From: a virus
DNA length: 64,000 nucleotides
IMG/VR virus record: IMGVR_UViG_3300045988_173694
Reading direction: 5' to 3' (one strand)
The notes under the pieces are model-generated. The model saw nothing but the letters and a program-made list of their open reading frames with translations, did not search any database and was not told the origin of the DNA. Positions within the stretch are counted from its first letter, which is position 1. Every line of letters begins with the position of its first letter. Shown in pieces: positions 25,670 to 35,823 of this stretch. Position numbers and translations under genes: made by a program.

Positions 25670-26875
25670 TCAGTTACCAATTAAGTAATCTCCGTTCTCA
25701 TCAACGAGAGGTTCAGAGCCATCGGAGAAGAAATCGAAGGTCGGCTTATACTCAGCATCACATCTTATCTCCAGCTCATCATCAGCAGTCTCACCTAGAC
25801 CAGTATCAGAGATATTGAAGATTGCCGTATCTCCCTCTTGCCATTGCCTTGTTGTCGTAGCACCGCCATTCTCGGCAACAGTACTCCAATTAAGTTTCAG
25901 CACGTTGGCAGGGCATTCCACGATATTGCCCTCAGAATTGACAAGAGCAACCTGCTGTCGGTTATCAACTCCAGGAGATATATCTACGTTCTGTCCTGCC
26001 GATACGCTGTATCTCGGGTATGTTCGGGAAACAGAGATTTGCTTGTTGCATACTTCCGTATCGCCAACAAAAGCCCTGATAACGTATGATGCAGAATTAA
26101 TCAGTCTAAGGTCAAGTGTGATGTAGCTATTGCTGATTGCTACCACCTCATTCATTCCTACGCTAATCTGAGCCATCGAAGAACCGCTCATCTTGTAGAG
26201 CTTGATAGTGTAGCCAGAAGTAATGCTCTTTGCACCCTTATAGATGTGGAGAGGAATCTTTCTGAGATAAGCCTTCTCGTCAATGCAAGCGTTCCTTACA
26301 GCATCAGATGCTGCTATCATTCCATGTGCCACCTTGTAGTCGTACAGAAGCAACTTGTCTGTCATTGGGTTGTAGACGATAGTCTCATCATCATCCAATG
26401 CCATAGAGTAGGCATCATCGCTCTTAGCAACCGTGTTCAGAACCACTTCATCGGTAAGGATAGGAACATTGACGTTGGTTCGATAGTCTACGATTTCAGC
26501 CTTGAATCTCAATGCAAATCGTTCTGCTACTGCCACGTTACGAAAGATGGTGAGGTCTCCACGGGTAGCACCATCCTGATTGATTGAGTAATCTGATGCT
26601 GCCCACACCTTGCTTATATCCTTGCCGTTAACGAGCCATACCATATTGGCAAGTACCGCATTGGATTGCTGATACTTCCATGTACCATCGCTTGCGTAAG
26701 CTGTAATGTCTGGGTGCAAGACACAAGGTGTGTTGGCTCGGTTCGGCTCGTAGCTGCTGTTAACCACGTTATATACTTGCGTGGTAGGAGAACCACCCGA
26801 TACGCACACGATTGATTGTGCTGTATTGAGTAGAGCGAAAGACCTTCTAATTCTTACTGCGCTGTTTGTTGCCAT
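25670..26875 (-). CDS. Putative tail fibre/baseplate-associated structural protein
   Basis: 401-aa beta-rich ORF in the unidirectional tail module. Confidence 0.5.
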   Translation of the reverse strand: MATNSAVRIRRSFALLNTAQSIVCVSGGSPTTQVYNVVNSSYEPNRANTPCVLHPDITAYASDGTWKYQQSNAVLANMVWLVNGKDISKVWAASDYSINQDGATRGDLTIFRNVAVAERFALRFKAEIVDYRTNVNVPILTDEVVLNTVAKSDDAYSMALDDDETIVYNPMTDKLLLYDYKVAHGMIAASDAVRNACIDEKAYLRKIPLHIYKGAKSITSGYTIKLYKMSGSSMAQISVGMNEVVAISNSYITLDLRLINSASYVIRAFVGDTEVCNKQISVSRTYPRYSVSAGQNVDISPGVDNRQQVALVNSEGNIVECPANVLKLNWSTVAENGGATTTRQWQEGDTAIFNISDTGLGETADDELEIRCDAEYKPTFDFFSDGSEPLVDENGDYLIGN

Positions 26876-26892
26876 AATTCGTTCCTCCTATT

Positions 26893-27903
26893 TTACCAAG
26901 TTGCCGTGAATAAGACATAAGCATCATGCTCTGTGCCGCCATAATCACTCTCAGATTTTGCGATTGTGATAACATTAGAGTTTACTTCCTTGATAAGCTC
27001 GTTATTGTCTTTGTAGGCTTTAGCGTTCCACGAAACATTTGTTGGCGTTACAATAGCATTTGTTTTTGTGTTCTTGATACGCCCTGTAATCGTTGCAGCC
27101 TTATCGCCTATGAGATTTGATACTTCCCCGACAATTACGTATTCGTCCGCATTATCGGTCATTACCTTACCAGCACGGAAACAAGCATTCTGAGCATCTT
27201 TGTGGTAGAACTCGCAAGTAATGAGGGTAGAGCCGTTCACCATATCACGAGTAACCGTGAGGGTCTTATCACTTCCGAGTACTTCACCTGCCGAGTTCTT
27301 CCACTTGACAGAGAAATCGGTAAGTTCCGTGGTGGATAACCACAATCTTGCCGAGAGTGTAGCCGTATTCTCATTCGGCGCATCTGTCAGAATCGAGCGG
27401 TTAGCTGTTATCCATCCCATATACGAGTTATTACCCATTGGCTGTATGAGGATAGTGACGAATCCACTAACGTCCTGAGTGCTGCTGTCACCAATCTTTG
27501 CAGTTCCGCTATACGTGAGTGTATCTGAGCTTGTAGAGCTACTAGATGCAAGGTTTTTGAATATCTTCAATCTTCCGTTTGCATCCATACCGAACTTACC
27601 ATCACTCGTAAGTTGGAAAGAACCGCTAGTACTGCCATTGAATACAAGTAGAGTATCACCATACTTCCAATGATGATCACTGAGAGATACGATATTACCC
27701 TTTGCACTCTTGACAACAGGAGTAAGGATAGGTCTGCTAGCATCATCCGTTTCCCAGTTAGGAAATGGAGTAGCACTATCATTGTTGGCATCCACACCCT
27801 GGAATAGGGGCTGAGTGCTCTCAATGGATATGGATAACGAATCGTTGTTACGAACTCTTCGTACAGGTATACAGCCTTGTGCTGAGTAATTTGTTTCTGC
27901 CAT
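26893..27903 (-). CDS. Putative tail fibre/baseplate-associated structural protein
   Basis: 336-aa S/T/N-rich ORF in the tail module. Confidence 0.5.
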   Translation of the reverse strand: MAETNYSAQGCIPVRRVRNNDSLSISIESTQPLFQGVDANNDSATPFPNWETDDASRPILTPVVKSAKGNIVSLSDHHWKYGDTLLVFNGSTSGSFQLTSDGKFGMDANGRLKIFKNLASSSSTSSDTLTYSGTAKIGDSSTQDVSGFVTILIQPMGNNSYMGWITANRSILTDAPNENTATLSARLWLSTTELTDFSVKWKNSAGEVLGSDKTLTVTRDMVNGSTLITCEFYHKDAQNACFRAGKVMTDNADEYVIVGEVSNLIGDKAATITGRIKNTKTNAIVTPTNVSWNAKAYKDNNELIKEVNSNVITIAKSESDYGGTEHDAYVLFTATW

Positions 27904-27905
27904 CT

Positions 27906-28121
27906 TTATTCCTCCGTCTTTTTAAATTGTTCCAACTCTTGCTCGGTCATAGCCTTGCCACCGATATTCTTAACACGCTCATCCAAGGTATCACCTTGAA
28001 TGTTGTTGCTCATCAACACTTCCTTCTCGTTGAGAATCATCTTTCCGTGAGCAGTTATGTGGGTGTGCAGGTTGAATCCTAGACTCAGAGCCTGCACCTT
28101 GTCTAATATTACATACATCAT
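27906..28121 (-). CDS. Small hypothetical protein
   Basis: 71 aa. ATGA overlap with the upstream ORF. Confidence 0.5.
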   Translation of the reverse strand: MMYVILDKVQALSLGFNLHTHITAHGKMILNEKEVLMSNNIQGDTLDERVKNIGGKAMTEQELEQFKKTEE

Positions 28122-30178
28122 ACGCTTATCGTTCCTTTTGCTAATTCAACTTTATTTCCCCAAAAAGCTGTGATGGTGAAGATACAGCTAGTAGAATCAC
28201 CGATGTCATCTTCTTCATCCGTCCAAGCAATATCTATCGTTCCATCAAAGTTCTTGACCTTATCTTTGTTCTGCCAAGCCGCATCATTAACAGCATCACC
28301 ACTATCACGCACGATGTTCCATGATGTTACTTGGTCTGTAATGTCCTCGAAGCCACGTATCACGGAACATACTACATGATTTGTTTCGCCCTTGTCTATC
28401 CACTCTCCTGTACTCAGAGTGATGTTGAGTGTTGCATCTAGGATGGCTGTCTGAGCCTTCCAGAAATCGTTACCCCTTGCAGGTTCACTCGTTACCTCAG
28501 TTCCTTCTGGTGCAACACAGAGCCATGTCGTTCCGTTGTGCGTAACTTGGTCGTAGTACGTGTAGGTATCGCCTTGTTTCCAATCGCCACGATAGTTGAT
28601 GGTCTTTATAGGCAGCCCCTCGATGGTCACAAGCTCGAAGTACTGAGAGTAGAACCGAACCTTCTTAGGGCTTATCTCATAGACAAGATTACCATTACCA
28701 AGTGTGTAGCTATGAACGTTAGTGTAGCCCACCTCACGAGGAGCATTGTCACCATAGGTTTCCTTAACCACGAAGCTCATTCGGTCGGTGTTCGTTCGGT
28801 TTCCCATGAGCACGATGGTATCACCTGCCGCAGGGTTATCGCTGCCAATATCCTTATCAGTAGCAGAAATGATGATCCACGCATACTTCTTGCCATCGTA
28901 GAGCACATTGCCTTCTGCATCGGTTATCACCTCGTTCTCGGTAGATACATCCGTTACAAGTCGCCAATAATACTTGTTACTTACATGCTCGTATACACCC
29001 GCCTGAATATTGAAGGTTTCACACTTCACCTGGTCGTACTTCTCCCACATGTTCGTAGTAGCAGTTGTACCGTCATCAGCAAGGAGATAACACTTCCAGC
29101 CTGTTACTTCGCCTTGAGCATCTGTTATCTCTCTTACCTCAAATATCTTTCCGGCAGAAGGAGAGAATACAAGATTGCCGCCTACATAGGTCAGCTCACG
29201 GATAGTAAGGTTATTGAAGTATGCCTTGCCCCAGACTGATATGTCGGTAACATTAAGTCCGTATTTACCATCCTTGCGCTTATAGAAGCCGAAACCCGAC
29301 TGAGTGGCATCATCATAATCGGCAGAGTTGAGCAAGTTGATGGTTACGTTTCCATCGGCATCTATGTAGTATTTAGTCGATTTACCTAAACGCAAGCCTT
29401 TCAGGAAGGTGATTAAGCCTGCAGCCGTATCATCCTTATCCTTGGCAAGGAAATGCTTTACGCCAAACTGACCGAGATAATGAGGGGTAACTACGGTATC
29501 ATTGCTTGTTTCCAGGGTGCCGTTGCTGTCAGCAACGCCCCTCAGTTCATGCTCACCCAGGAAAAGACTGGTAATATGTGCCACCTTTGCCGACAATTCA
29601 TTAAAGGTTGCCTTCAGAATTTCCTTGAGGAAGGTGATGGTATCTGATACGGAATTATACCGCCACCATGCGCCTTCACCGCCGCTGGCTATCGCCTCGT
29701 CGGTAGCCAGTTTACCGCATTCAAAATGCTGTTCCCATTCTCGCTTTCTGGTATTGTCGGCATCGGTCTTTACAGCAGATATGATACCGCCTGTAAAGAT
29801 ATAGTAATAAGCCTCATTGCCTATCTGCACACCTTCAGTTCCGGAAGATGGAATAGTCTTACCATATATATCTATCTTCTCACCAGGGAACACGACGGTA
29901 GCCTGGTTATTATCCGTGGTAGGCTGTCGGGGGATAGCGATATACACATACTTCCGTTCGCTATCAGGGAAGATAGAAGGGTAGGCAGCAAGCGTCCAGC
30001 GCTGATAGTTGTGACCGGCATCATAGCCCAAGCCTGGCACATCGCTCATATAGCAGAGGACCGAAGCGCCCGATACTACACTACACTGAATGTAGTCAGG
30101 CTCTCCCATCGCATTTAGTTGGATATAGAGCGCAGTGCTCGAGATCCAATAATTTGTACTTTTTGCTTCTGTTGCCAT
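28118..30178 (-). CDS. Large tail fibre/baseplate protein
   Basis: 686-aa ORF, first gene after the promoter at 30210-30247. Confidence 0.55.
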   Translation of the reverse strand: MATEAKSTNYWISSTALYIQLNAMGEPDYIQCSVVSGASVLCYMSDVPGLGYDAGHNYQRWTLAAYPSIFPDSERKYVYIAIPRQPTTDNNQATVVFPGEKIDIYGKTIPSSGTEGVQIGNEAYYYIFTGGIISAVKTDADNTRKREWEQHFECGKLATDEAIASGGEGAWWRYNSVSDTITFLKEILKATFNELSAKVAHITSLFLGEHELRGVADSNGTLETSNDTVVTPHYLGQFGVKHFLAKDKDDTAAGLITFLKGLRLGKSTKYYIDADGNVTINLLNSADYDDATQSGFGFYKRKDGKYGLNVTDISVWGKAYFNNLTIRELTYVGGNLVFSPSAGKIFEVREITDAQGEVTGWKCYLLADDGTTATTNMWEKYDQVKCETFNIQAGVYEHVSNKYYWRLVTDVSTENEVITDAEGNVLYDGKKYAWIIISATDKDIGSDNPAAGDTIVLMGNRTNTDRMSFVVKETYGDNAPREVGYTNVHSYTLGNGNLVYEISPKKVRFYSQYFELVTIEGLPIKTINYRGDWKQGDTYTYYDQVTHNGTTWLCVAPEGTEVTSEPARGNDFWKAQTAILDATLNITLSTGEWIDKGETNHVVCSVIRGFEDITDQVTSWNIVRDSGDAVNDAAWQNKDKVKNFDGTIDIAWTDEEDDIGDSTSCIFTITAFWGNKVELAKGTISV

Positions 30179-30209
30179 TTTTTGTTTGGATTTTTATTTA
30201 TTTATAAGG

Positions 30210-30247
30210 CAAAGGTAATGCGTTTTTAGCTATCGGTGGGGACAAAG
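30210..30247 (-). promoter_or_regulatory. Promoter with upstream GGGGACAAAG box (family P-late)
   Basis: Plus strand GGCAAAGGTA...N...GGGGACAAAG, giving minus strand CTTTGTCCCC-N20-..TACCTTTGCC. Confidence 0.5.
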
Positions 30248-30269
30248 AAATGTTGAATGGGATTGTAAA

Positions 30270-30353
30270 ATGTTGAGTGTTGAATGTTGAATGTTGAATT
30301 AGCCTAACGGACTCAACGGCGCTAGCCTAATTCAACATTTAACATTCAACATT
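30270..30353. repeat. HAP copy 4
   Basis: Arms plus core AGCCTAACGGACTCAACGGCGCTAGCCTAA. Confidence 0.9.
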
Positions 30354-31404
30354 AATTAAAGGGGTCGCCGTTAATACCTAGGGTGGCGGTAAAGGAAACG
30401 GAATACATATTCCTGTTGGTATCGTCCTTAATGGTAAGCTCATCTTCAAGATTGATGGTGCAAGGAAGCCAGGCATCATTCGCTTTCAGCCATACGTGCT
30501 CAGACATCAGGAACTCATGGAGATACCACTGCTGCCATGCCTTGGTAAGCGGGTCGCTCTGATAGAGCCAGCTTTCACGATCATTCTGCTTCTTGATAGC
30601 GGCACGGGAGAACTGATTGAAGGTTTCCTGAATAGCTTTCGTATATTGCGTGCTCTCGACATTCATCTTCTGAGAGTAGGATTTCGGCACGCTGATACTC
30701 TCCAGGCAACCGAAGCGGTTAATGAAACGGAAGGTGGTACGGTCTTCAGCTTCAGAGGACGGTAGAGCATAGATAGGGTGCCCCTGAATGCTCTGCGCAC
30801 CTTCCTTCGTGATTTCCTGCTCCCTAGATACAGGGGCGGTCAGTGAGCTGCTGGTAGCTAAGTTCTGCCCTGCGCTATAGGAGACTGGATAAACAAAGCT
30901 CTCGCCTACAACGGCTATTTCGTGGGTATCAGTCGGTTTGCAGGAGAGAATGGTGACAGCCTTCGTTACGCCCGATTTCAGGCGCTCTATATCGCTGAAG
31001 GCTCCGGCTATACAGCGGAGGTTGGTACTCCCACCCGATACGGGTTTCTGTGGGTAATAGACTTCACCCACATTGGTATGCACCTCACCGTTGTTATCCA
31101 TATACTCATCGAAGGCTTTGATATACCAACTTACCACTGGGTAGGTGGATGGTGTAGCGGTATACTTGTAGCTATCCAGCGTAATGCGAAGAGCAGAGGA
31201 AATATCGAGCGATACATCTCTTCCCTCGGTGGTAACAGGAATGGTAAGCTTATTGGTTTCGTAACTGCCCGTGCCATCATCAAAATGCACTTCTACGATG
31301 ACACGATGAAAAGATGGCTTTGTAGCCACGGAAGGGGTGATGGTAAAGGTTATCGGGTTTCCTGCAAAGACAGAACCCGATGTGAGATTGATTTTCTGTG
31401 CCAT
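30352..31404 (-). CDS. Putative virion structural protein
   Basis: 350-aa ORF directly downstream of the ACP gene. Confidence 0.5.
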   Translation of the reverse strand: MAQKINLTSGSVFAGNPITFTITPSVATKPSFHRVIVEVHFDDGTGSYETNKLTIPVTTEGRDVSLDISSALRITLDSYKYTATPSTYPVVSWYIKAFDEYMDNNGEVHTNVGEVYYPQKPVSGGSTNLRCIAGAFSDIERLKSGVTKAVTILSCKPTDTHEIAVVGESFVYPVSYSAGQNLATSSSLTAPVSREQEITKEGAQSIQGHPIYALPSSEAEDRTTFRFINRFGCLESISVPKSYSQKMNVESTQYTKAIQETFNQFSRAAIKKQNDRESWLYQSDPLTKAWQQWYLHEFLMSEHVWLKANDAWLPCTINLEDELTIKDDTNRNMYSVSFTATLGINGDPFN

Positions 31405-31406
31405 AG

Positions 31407-31679
31407 TTATTTAGTGTTGAGTGTTGAATGTTGAATGTTGATTTTCTGCTCGGTGAGCGCAATTACATCCGAAACGAGCTTGCAATCTTTCGCCTCTTCC
31501 GGGGTAATCTTGATATGGAACATCATTTCCACCTGCTGAATCATATCGAGGAAATCAATAGACTCCAGTTCTACCTCGTCTCTGATATTAGAGGCAGTGG
31601 TTACTTCGTGCTTTACCCATGATGTTTTCAGGCTGTTCACGATAGCGATAATGCGAGGAGTTATTTCTTCTTTTTTCAT
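31407..31679 (-). CDS. Acyl carrier protein-like
   Basis: 90 aa. ELESIDFLDMIQQVEMMF matches the (D/E)S(L/I)D phosphopantetheine site plus helix II. The C-terminal INIQHSTLNTK is encoded by a HAP half-arm. Confidence 0.65.
   Translation of the reverse strand: MKKEEITPRIIAIVNSLKTSWVKHEVTTASNIRDEVELESIDFLDMIQQVEMMFHIKITPEEAKDCKLVSDVIALTEQKINIQHSTLNTK
31411..31441. repeat. HAP half-element (left arm only), copy 5
   Basis: GTGTTGAGTGTTGAATGTTGAATGTTGA inside the 3' end of the ACP ORF. Confidence 0.8.
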
Positions 31680-31695
31680 ATTACTTATTATTAAT

Positions 31696-31736
31696 GGACC
31701 AGCGATAAAATCGCTGGGAACGGAAGCTTAAAGGGG
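31696..31736. repeat. SL element copy B
   Basis: GGACCAGCGATAAAATCGCTGGGAACGGAAG between the KS stop and the ACP start. Confidence 0.85.
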
Positions 31737-31761
31737 TAAGGTTCTTTTTACCCTTTTACCT

Positions 31762-32967
31762 TTAAAAAGCCTTTGAGATGACAAATGAGGAGTTTGTACC
31801 CCCAAAACCAAAGGCATTACAGAGGATATGATGAGGATCATAATACTTAGGGCGCATCACCAGGTTAAGATGAGAGAAGGCGTTCTCCTCGGTGGTGGCT
31901 GCATGAAACAGACGGCCATAAGTGAACATGATTACGGCTTGCACAGCTTGCGATACACCTGCCATCCAACACTCGTGGCCAGTCATACCCTTTGTAGCTA
32001 CTACGTTCGGACAGATAGGGAAGATATTCTCTATCGCCTTCGCCTCGGCTTCATCGCCCATCGTGGTACCTGTAGCATGAGCAAGTACTACGTCTATCAT
32101 GCCTTCATCCAATCCTGCGTTCTCGATAGCATTCAGCATAGATACTTCTTCCTGATAACTATCAGGGGTAGTGATAGCTTTTCCATTGGTAGAGAAGCCA
32201 TAGCCGGAAAGGGAAGCGAATGAATGCACCTTCTCTTCTTTCAATCGAAGACTATCCGATGATTCGAGGATGATGCAGGCTGCGCCACCAGATGGTGCCA
32301 ATCCGTTTCTGCCTTTACCAAACGGCTGTACTTTATCAGGTGAGAAGACACCGAGGGCATCGAAAGCCTCCATACAATAATTACTTGTTGTTTCCTGCGC
32401 GCCAATCACAATTACCATTTCAGTCTGTTTGCTATCGAGCAACATCTTTGCCAGTCCGATGGCGTGGCCACCTCCTGCACAGGCTGCGCTTACGGTGAGC
32501 GATAAACCATGAATGCCGAGGATAGTAGCCAGGTTCATGCTGATAGTGGAATTAAGTGAACGAAACAGGGTTGTTACCGGAAGTCTACGATTAGAGATGT
32601 TCTTTTTTACGTGAGAGACCACAACTTTGCTTTCATAACATTCTGAGTCGTTACTTACGATAAGTGAAACATTATGGTTTTCAAGAAACTCCTTACTGAC
32701 CTTTGCTTTCTTCAGCGCCTCGAATACCGCATCGAGCACATAAAAACCATGTGCAGGCATACATTCGTATTGCGCATGGGTAAGTATATCCAGACACTCT
32801 GCTTTCCAACTAGGTACATTGCCACATAAATCGGAATTGTATTTATCGCGGCATTCGTCGTGATGTAATCCGCATTTACCCTTATAGAGGTTCATGGCTA
32901 CTTCTCTGGTACTTCTGCCTAGGGCAGAATGAATACCGGTTCCGGTAATCAAAATTTCTTTATTCAT
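31762..32967 (-). CDS. Beta-ketoacyl-ACP synthase (KAS I/II type, Cys-His-His)
   Basis: TVSAACAGGGHAIG (active-site Cys), AHATGTTMGD (His), GMTGHECWMAG (His) and NAFGFGGTNSSFV. Confidence 0.8.
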   Translation of the reverse strand: MNKEILITGTGIHSALGRSTREVAMNLYKGKCGLHHDECRDKYNSDLCGNVPSWKAECLDILTHAQYECMPAHGFYVLDAVFEALKKAKVSKEFLENHNVSLIVSNDSECYESKVVVSHVKKNISNRRLPVTTLFRSLNSTISMNLATILGIHGLSLTVSAACAGGGHAIGLAKMLLDSKQTEMVIVIGAQETTSNYCMEAFDALGVFSPDKVQPFGKGRNGLAPSGGAACIILESSDSLRLKEEKVHSFASLSGYGFSTNGKAITTPDSYQEEVSMLNAIENAGLDEGMIDVVLAHATGTTMGDEAEAKAIENIFPICPNVVATKGMTGHECWMAGVSQAVQAVIMFTYGRLFHAATTEENAFSHLNLVMRPKYYDPHHILCNAFGFGGTNSSFVISKAF

Positions 32968-33008
32968 TTTTATTTCATTTTTATGTTATAAAACATATTT
33001 TCTATTTA

Positions 33009-33033
33009 AAAGCTTTTGCCCTTACAGGGCGTA
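33009..33033. repeat. THE partial copy (first hairpin only)
   Basis: AAAGCTTTTGCCCTTACAGGGCGTA, overlapping the stop codon of ORF 33022..35823. Confidence 0.75.
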
Positions 33034-35823
33034 TACCGTTAACTCTACTTCGCCCATGCCCGTCTTGGCATCGATGGTGGTATTCACCCTGTCTATGAGG
33101 CATTTCATACCGCCTATGTTCCACCATTCCTGCCAGTGGTTCGGTATATCGGCCACTTGCGCTACGGTAGTGGTACATCTTACCATAAACTTCTTTCTGT
33201 TCAGAAGAAAATAGGCGTAGGGGAGGACGAAGGTATCAAAGAGACCACGGGAGCGAATCTTCTTAACTACCTTACCGTTTTTATCTACCTCATCTTTATC
33301 ACAAAGTACTACATTTTGATACTTCGGATCACTTAACCACGATGGTTCCTTGAAAGCACGTATCTTGAGCGAGAATTTTTCACCTTCGCCCGTTCCTTCC
33401 TGAATACCATTATAGTCAAATTCATTGCCCATCATATCCAGTGAATCGCATGCCAGGGCATACTTACCAGATACGGTACGCCATTTGGACGTTCCGAAGT
33501 GGTCGTAATTATAATCGTAAGACTGGCGGGTAGCATCGCTACCACCACCTCGCATCAAAGCAACCGCATATCCCCAGCGTGAATCATCCTGCAACGGAGA
33601 ATTGCCATCATCGGTGCTCGACGGGTCGTAGCTTTCTACGAGTGATAGTGTCTGCTGCATGTAGAAATCACAGAAAGCAGTAGAGATAGTCTGATTGATA
33701 ATCTGCTCCACAAACTCATGCTCCATATCCTCATCTACATAAGCACAGAGGATAGGCTGACTATCGGTGATGGTTACACCATATTTCTTGCCGTTGTAGG
33801 AGTCGATTGCCTCGTGAGAGCCATAGGCAGCTTCTATCTCCTTGAAATAGTTCACATCATTGAACGGAACAGGAGTAAAATCTACCGAAATATCGTGAAT
33901 AAAATCTTCGTTCTCATTGCTGCAATCTCCATATTCTACACCCTTAAACTGACCTACCTCAAAGAGTACCGGTTTCAAGTCGGCTGTCGTGGTTGCATCG
34001 CCATTTACCTTTACTCGGTAAGCATTGCCCGTCTTGCGGTCGATATAACAATGCTTATCTCCACTACTCAGATTATGGAAGAAATCGATGTAGTCGAGAT
34101 TATAGACGGTGGAGTTATCGCCACTATCAGGCGCAGGGTAATCGATGTAATCATAATCGGTAGAATAACCCATGTTCTTGTTTCTACGGCTATCGAGTAC
34201 ATTCTGCCGCTGATCTTTTGCATCACCTTCTGCAGAATAGCGCATACGCACACCTGTAATCTTCTCGGTCATCGGAGTCATAGAATGGATATTGGCATGA
34301 AATGTTCTTGCCTCATTACCGCTCTTGCGCAGCACATCACGAGTAAGATAAGCTGTCACCTTCTTCTGCTCGTAATCATACGAAAACTTGATACCGAAGG
34401 CACTCTCAAGAGATGAGATTACGGTGCTCACACTCTCGTCAGGGAAGTTGCCGCTATTGGCTACCATATTGAGCACGTTTGCCTGAACATTGAACTTGCT
34501 GATTTTTGCCTCAATGCTAATACCGGTAACTTTGCCTCCATCATCACGAACCTCACCAACCTGTATATGCTCGGTGGTGCCTTCAGGTGTGTGGAGTGTT
34601 AATTCCTGCACGTCCTTATTCTCTGCCTTCACGATGTTTATCTTTCCACCGCAACCACGGCTTTCCAGCCATGAATTGATATGCTCCTGACTTTGGAAAT
34701 AACCCGTCTTGATTTCGCCAGCTTTCTTCTTCTTGGCGATAACTTCCGCATCGGTTTCGCTGTAATAAGTACCGTGATGAGGGTGCTGAATGGTATCGTA
34801 GCTGCATACGGTCGTGAAGAAGCAGAGATGCTTCAAATCCTCTATCTCCATCAATGCCTTCTTGTCGAAAGTTACGCCCAGATAGGCAAAAAGGCAATCG
34901 AGGAAATAGAGCACATAGAAGCAGATACCCGACTGCGGACGTTTTGCATCCAATACCCAATAAGGATAAAGGTCTTCGTTCGTCCAGGTACAATCCTTCG
35001 TGCTGATTACACCACTATCTGTTTTTCCGTCATCATCCAAGCCATGATGCTTATAGCAGATGCGGGCATTGCAATAGGTAGCGGCGCGCCCTGCTCCATC
35101 AGTCTCACCATAAGCGGCAGCTGTATTGATATAGTTACCGTTGCTGGCGATAGCTGGCTCATTCACCTTATGGTTCTGAGGATAGGAGCGCTCAGACAGA
35201 ATCTTAGCATCACCTTTTTTATGCCGGGTATCGGTAGAAGTCCATTCTACACAGTTTGCAGGATAAGAGAAACCCAAGGCTTGCGGCTCCAATACCTTAC
35301 TTACGCTTACATGGGCTGCCCTAATTTCGTGAGTTTCGGTCTTATCGTCCTTATGTTTGCCTCCAGTAACAAAAACATTTACTTTCACCACAGGATCACT
35401 CTCAATATCCACCCTTACATTACCGATTTTCTCACCAATAATAATCTGGTCCTTTACCTGGATATCACGACACTGCAGGTCGCTGATAAGCTCGCTGAAA
35501 CTCTGCGTGCTGGCATCGATGTTCATAGAGAGAGAATTGGTTATCTCCTCACCATCCTGCATTACCAGGGTTCCGCTGCGGAAAGGCAATCCATCGGCAT
35601 GAATACGGGTAGGAAGATGCTCCATGTTCACGGCTTTTACCGCTGCATGAACATCTTCGATGTTCTTTACCAGCCATCGGTTGCCGTCTAGCGGAATAGA
35701 GAAAGGATAGGAGAACATTTCCGTATCGTTGAACACGGGGTTCTGGTCCTCAATATCTATTGAGAAATCATCGGGCAAAGCTACCGGCTTGTCGTTTATC
35801 AATATCGTAAGATGTGAGTTCAT
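33022..35823 (-). CDS. Large baseplate/tail-associated structural protein
   Basis: 933-aa ORF. ATGA overlap with the upstream ORF. Confidence 0.55.
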   Translation of the reverse strand: MNSHLTILINDKPVALPDDFSIDIEDQNPVFNDTEMFSYPFSIPLDGNRWLVKNIEDVHAAVKAVNMEHLPTRIHADGLPFRSGTLVMQDGEEITNSLSMNIDASTQSFSELISDLQCRDIQVKDQIIIGEKIGNVRVDIESDPVVKVNVFVTGGKHKDDKTETHEIRAAHVSVSKVLEPQALGFSYPANCVEWTSTDTRHKKGDAKILSERSYPQNHKVNEPAIASNGNYINTAAAYGETDGAGRAATYCNARICYKHHGLDDDGKTDSGVISTKDCTWTNEDLYPYWVLDAKRPQSGICFYVLYFLDCLFAYLGVTFDKKALMEIEDLKHLCFFTTVCSYDTIQHPHHGTYYSETDAEVIAKKKKAGEIKTGYFQSQEHINSWLESRGCGGKINIVKAENKDVQELTLHTPEGTTEHIQVGEVRDDGGKVTGISIEAKISKFNVQANVLNMVANSGNFPDESVSTVISSLESAFGIKFSYDYEQKKVTAYLTRDVLRKSGNEARTFHANIHSMTPMTEKITGVRMRYSAEGDAKDQRQNVLDSRRNKNMGYSTDYDYIDYPAPDSGDNSTVYNLDYIDFFHNLSSGDKHCYIDRKTGNAYRVKVNGDATTTADLKPVLFEVGQFKGVEYGDCSNENEDFIHDISVDFTPVPFNDVNYFKEIEAAYGSHEAIDSYNGKKYGVTITDSQPILCAYVDEDMEHEFVEQIINQTISTAFCDFYMQQTLSLVESYDPSSTDDGNSPLQDDSRWGYAVALMRGGGSDATRQSYDYNYDHFGTSKWRTVSGKYALACDSLDMMGNEFDYNGIQEGTGEGEKFSLKIRAFKEPSWLSDPKYQNVVLCDKDEVDKNGKVVKKIRSRGLFDTFVLPYAYFLLNRKKFMVRCTTTVAQVADIPNHWQEWWNIGGMKCLIDRVNTTIDAKTGMGEVELTVYAL

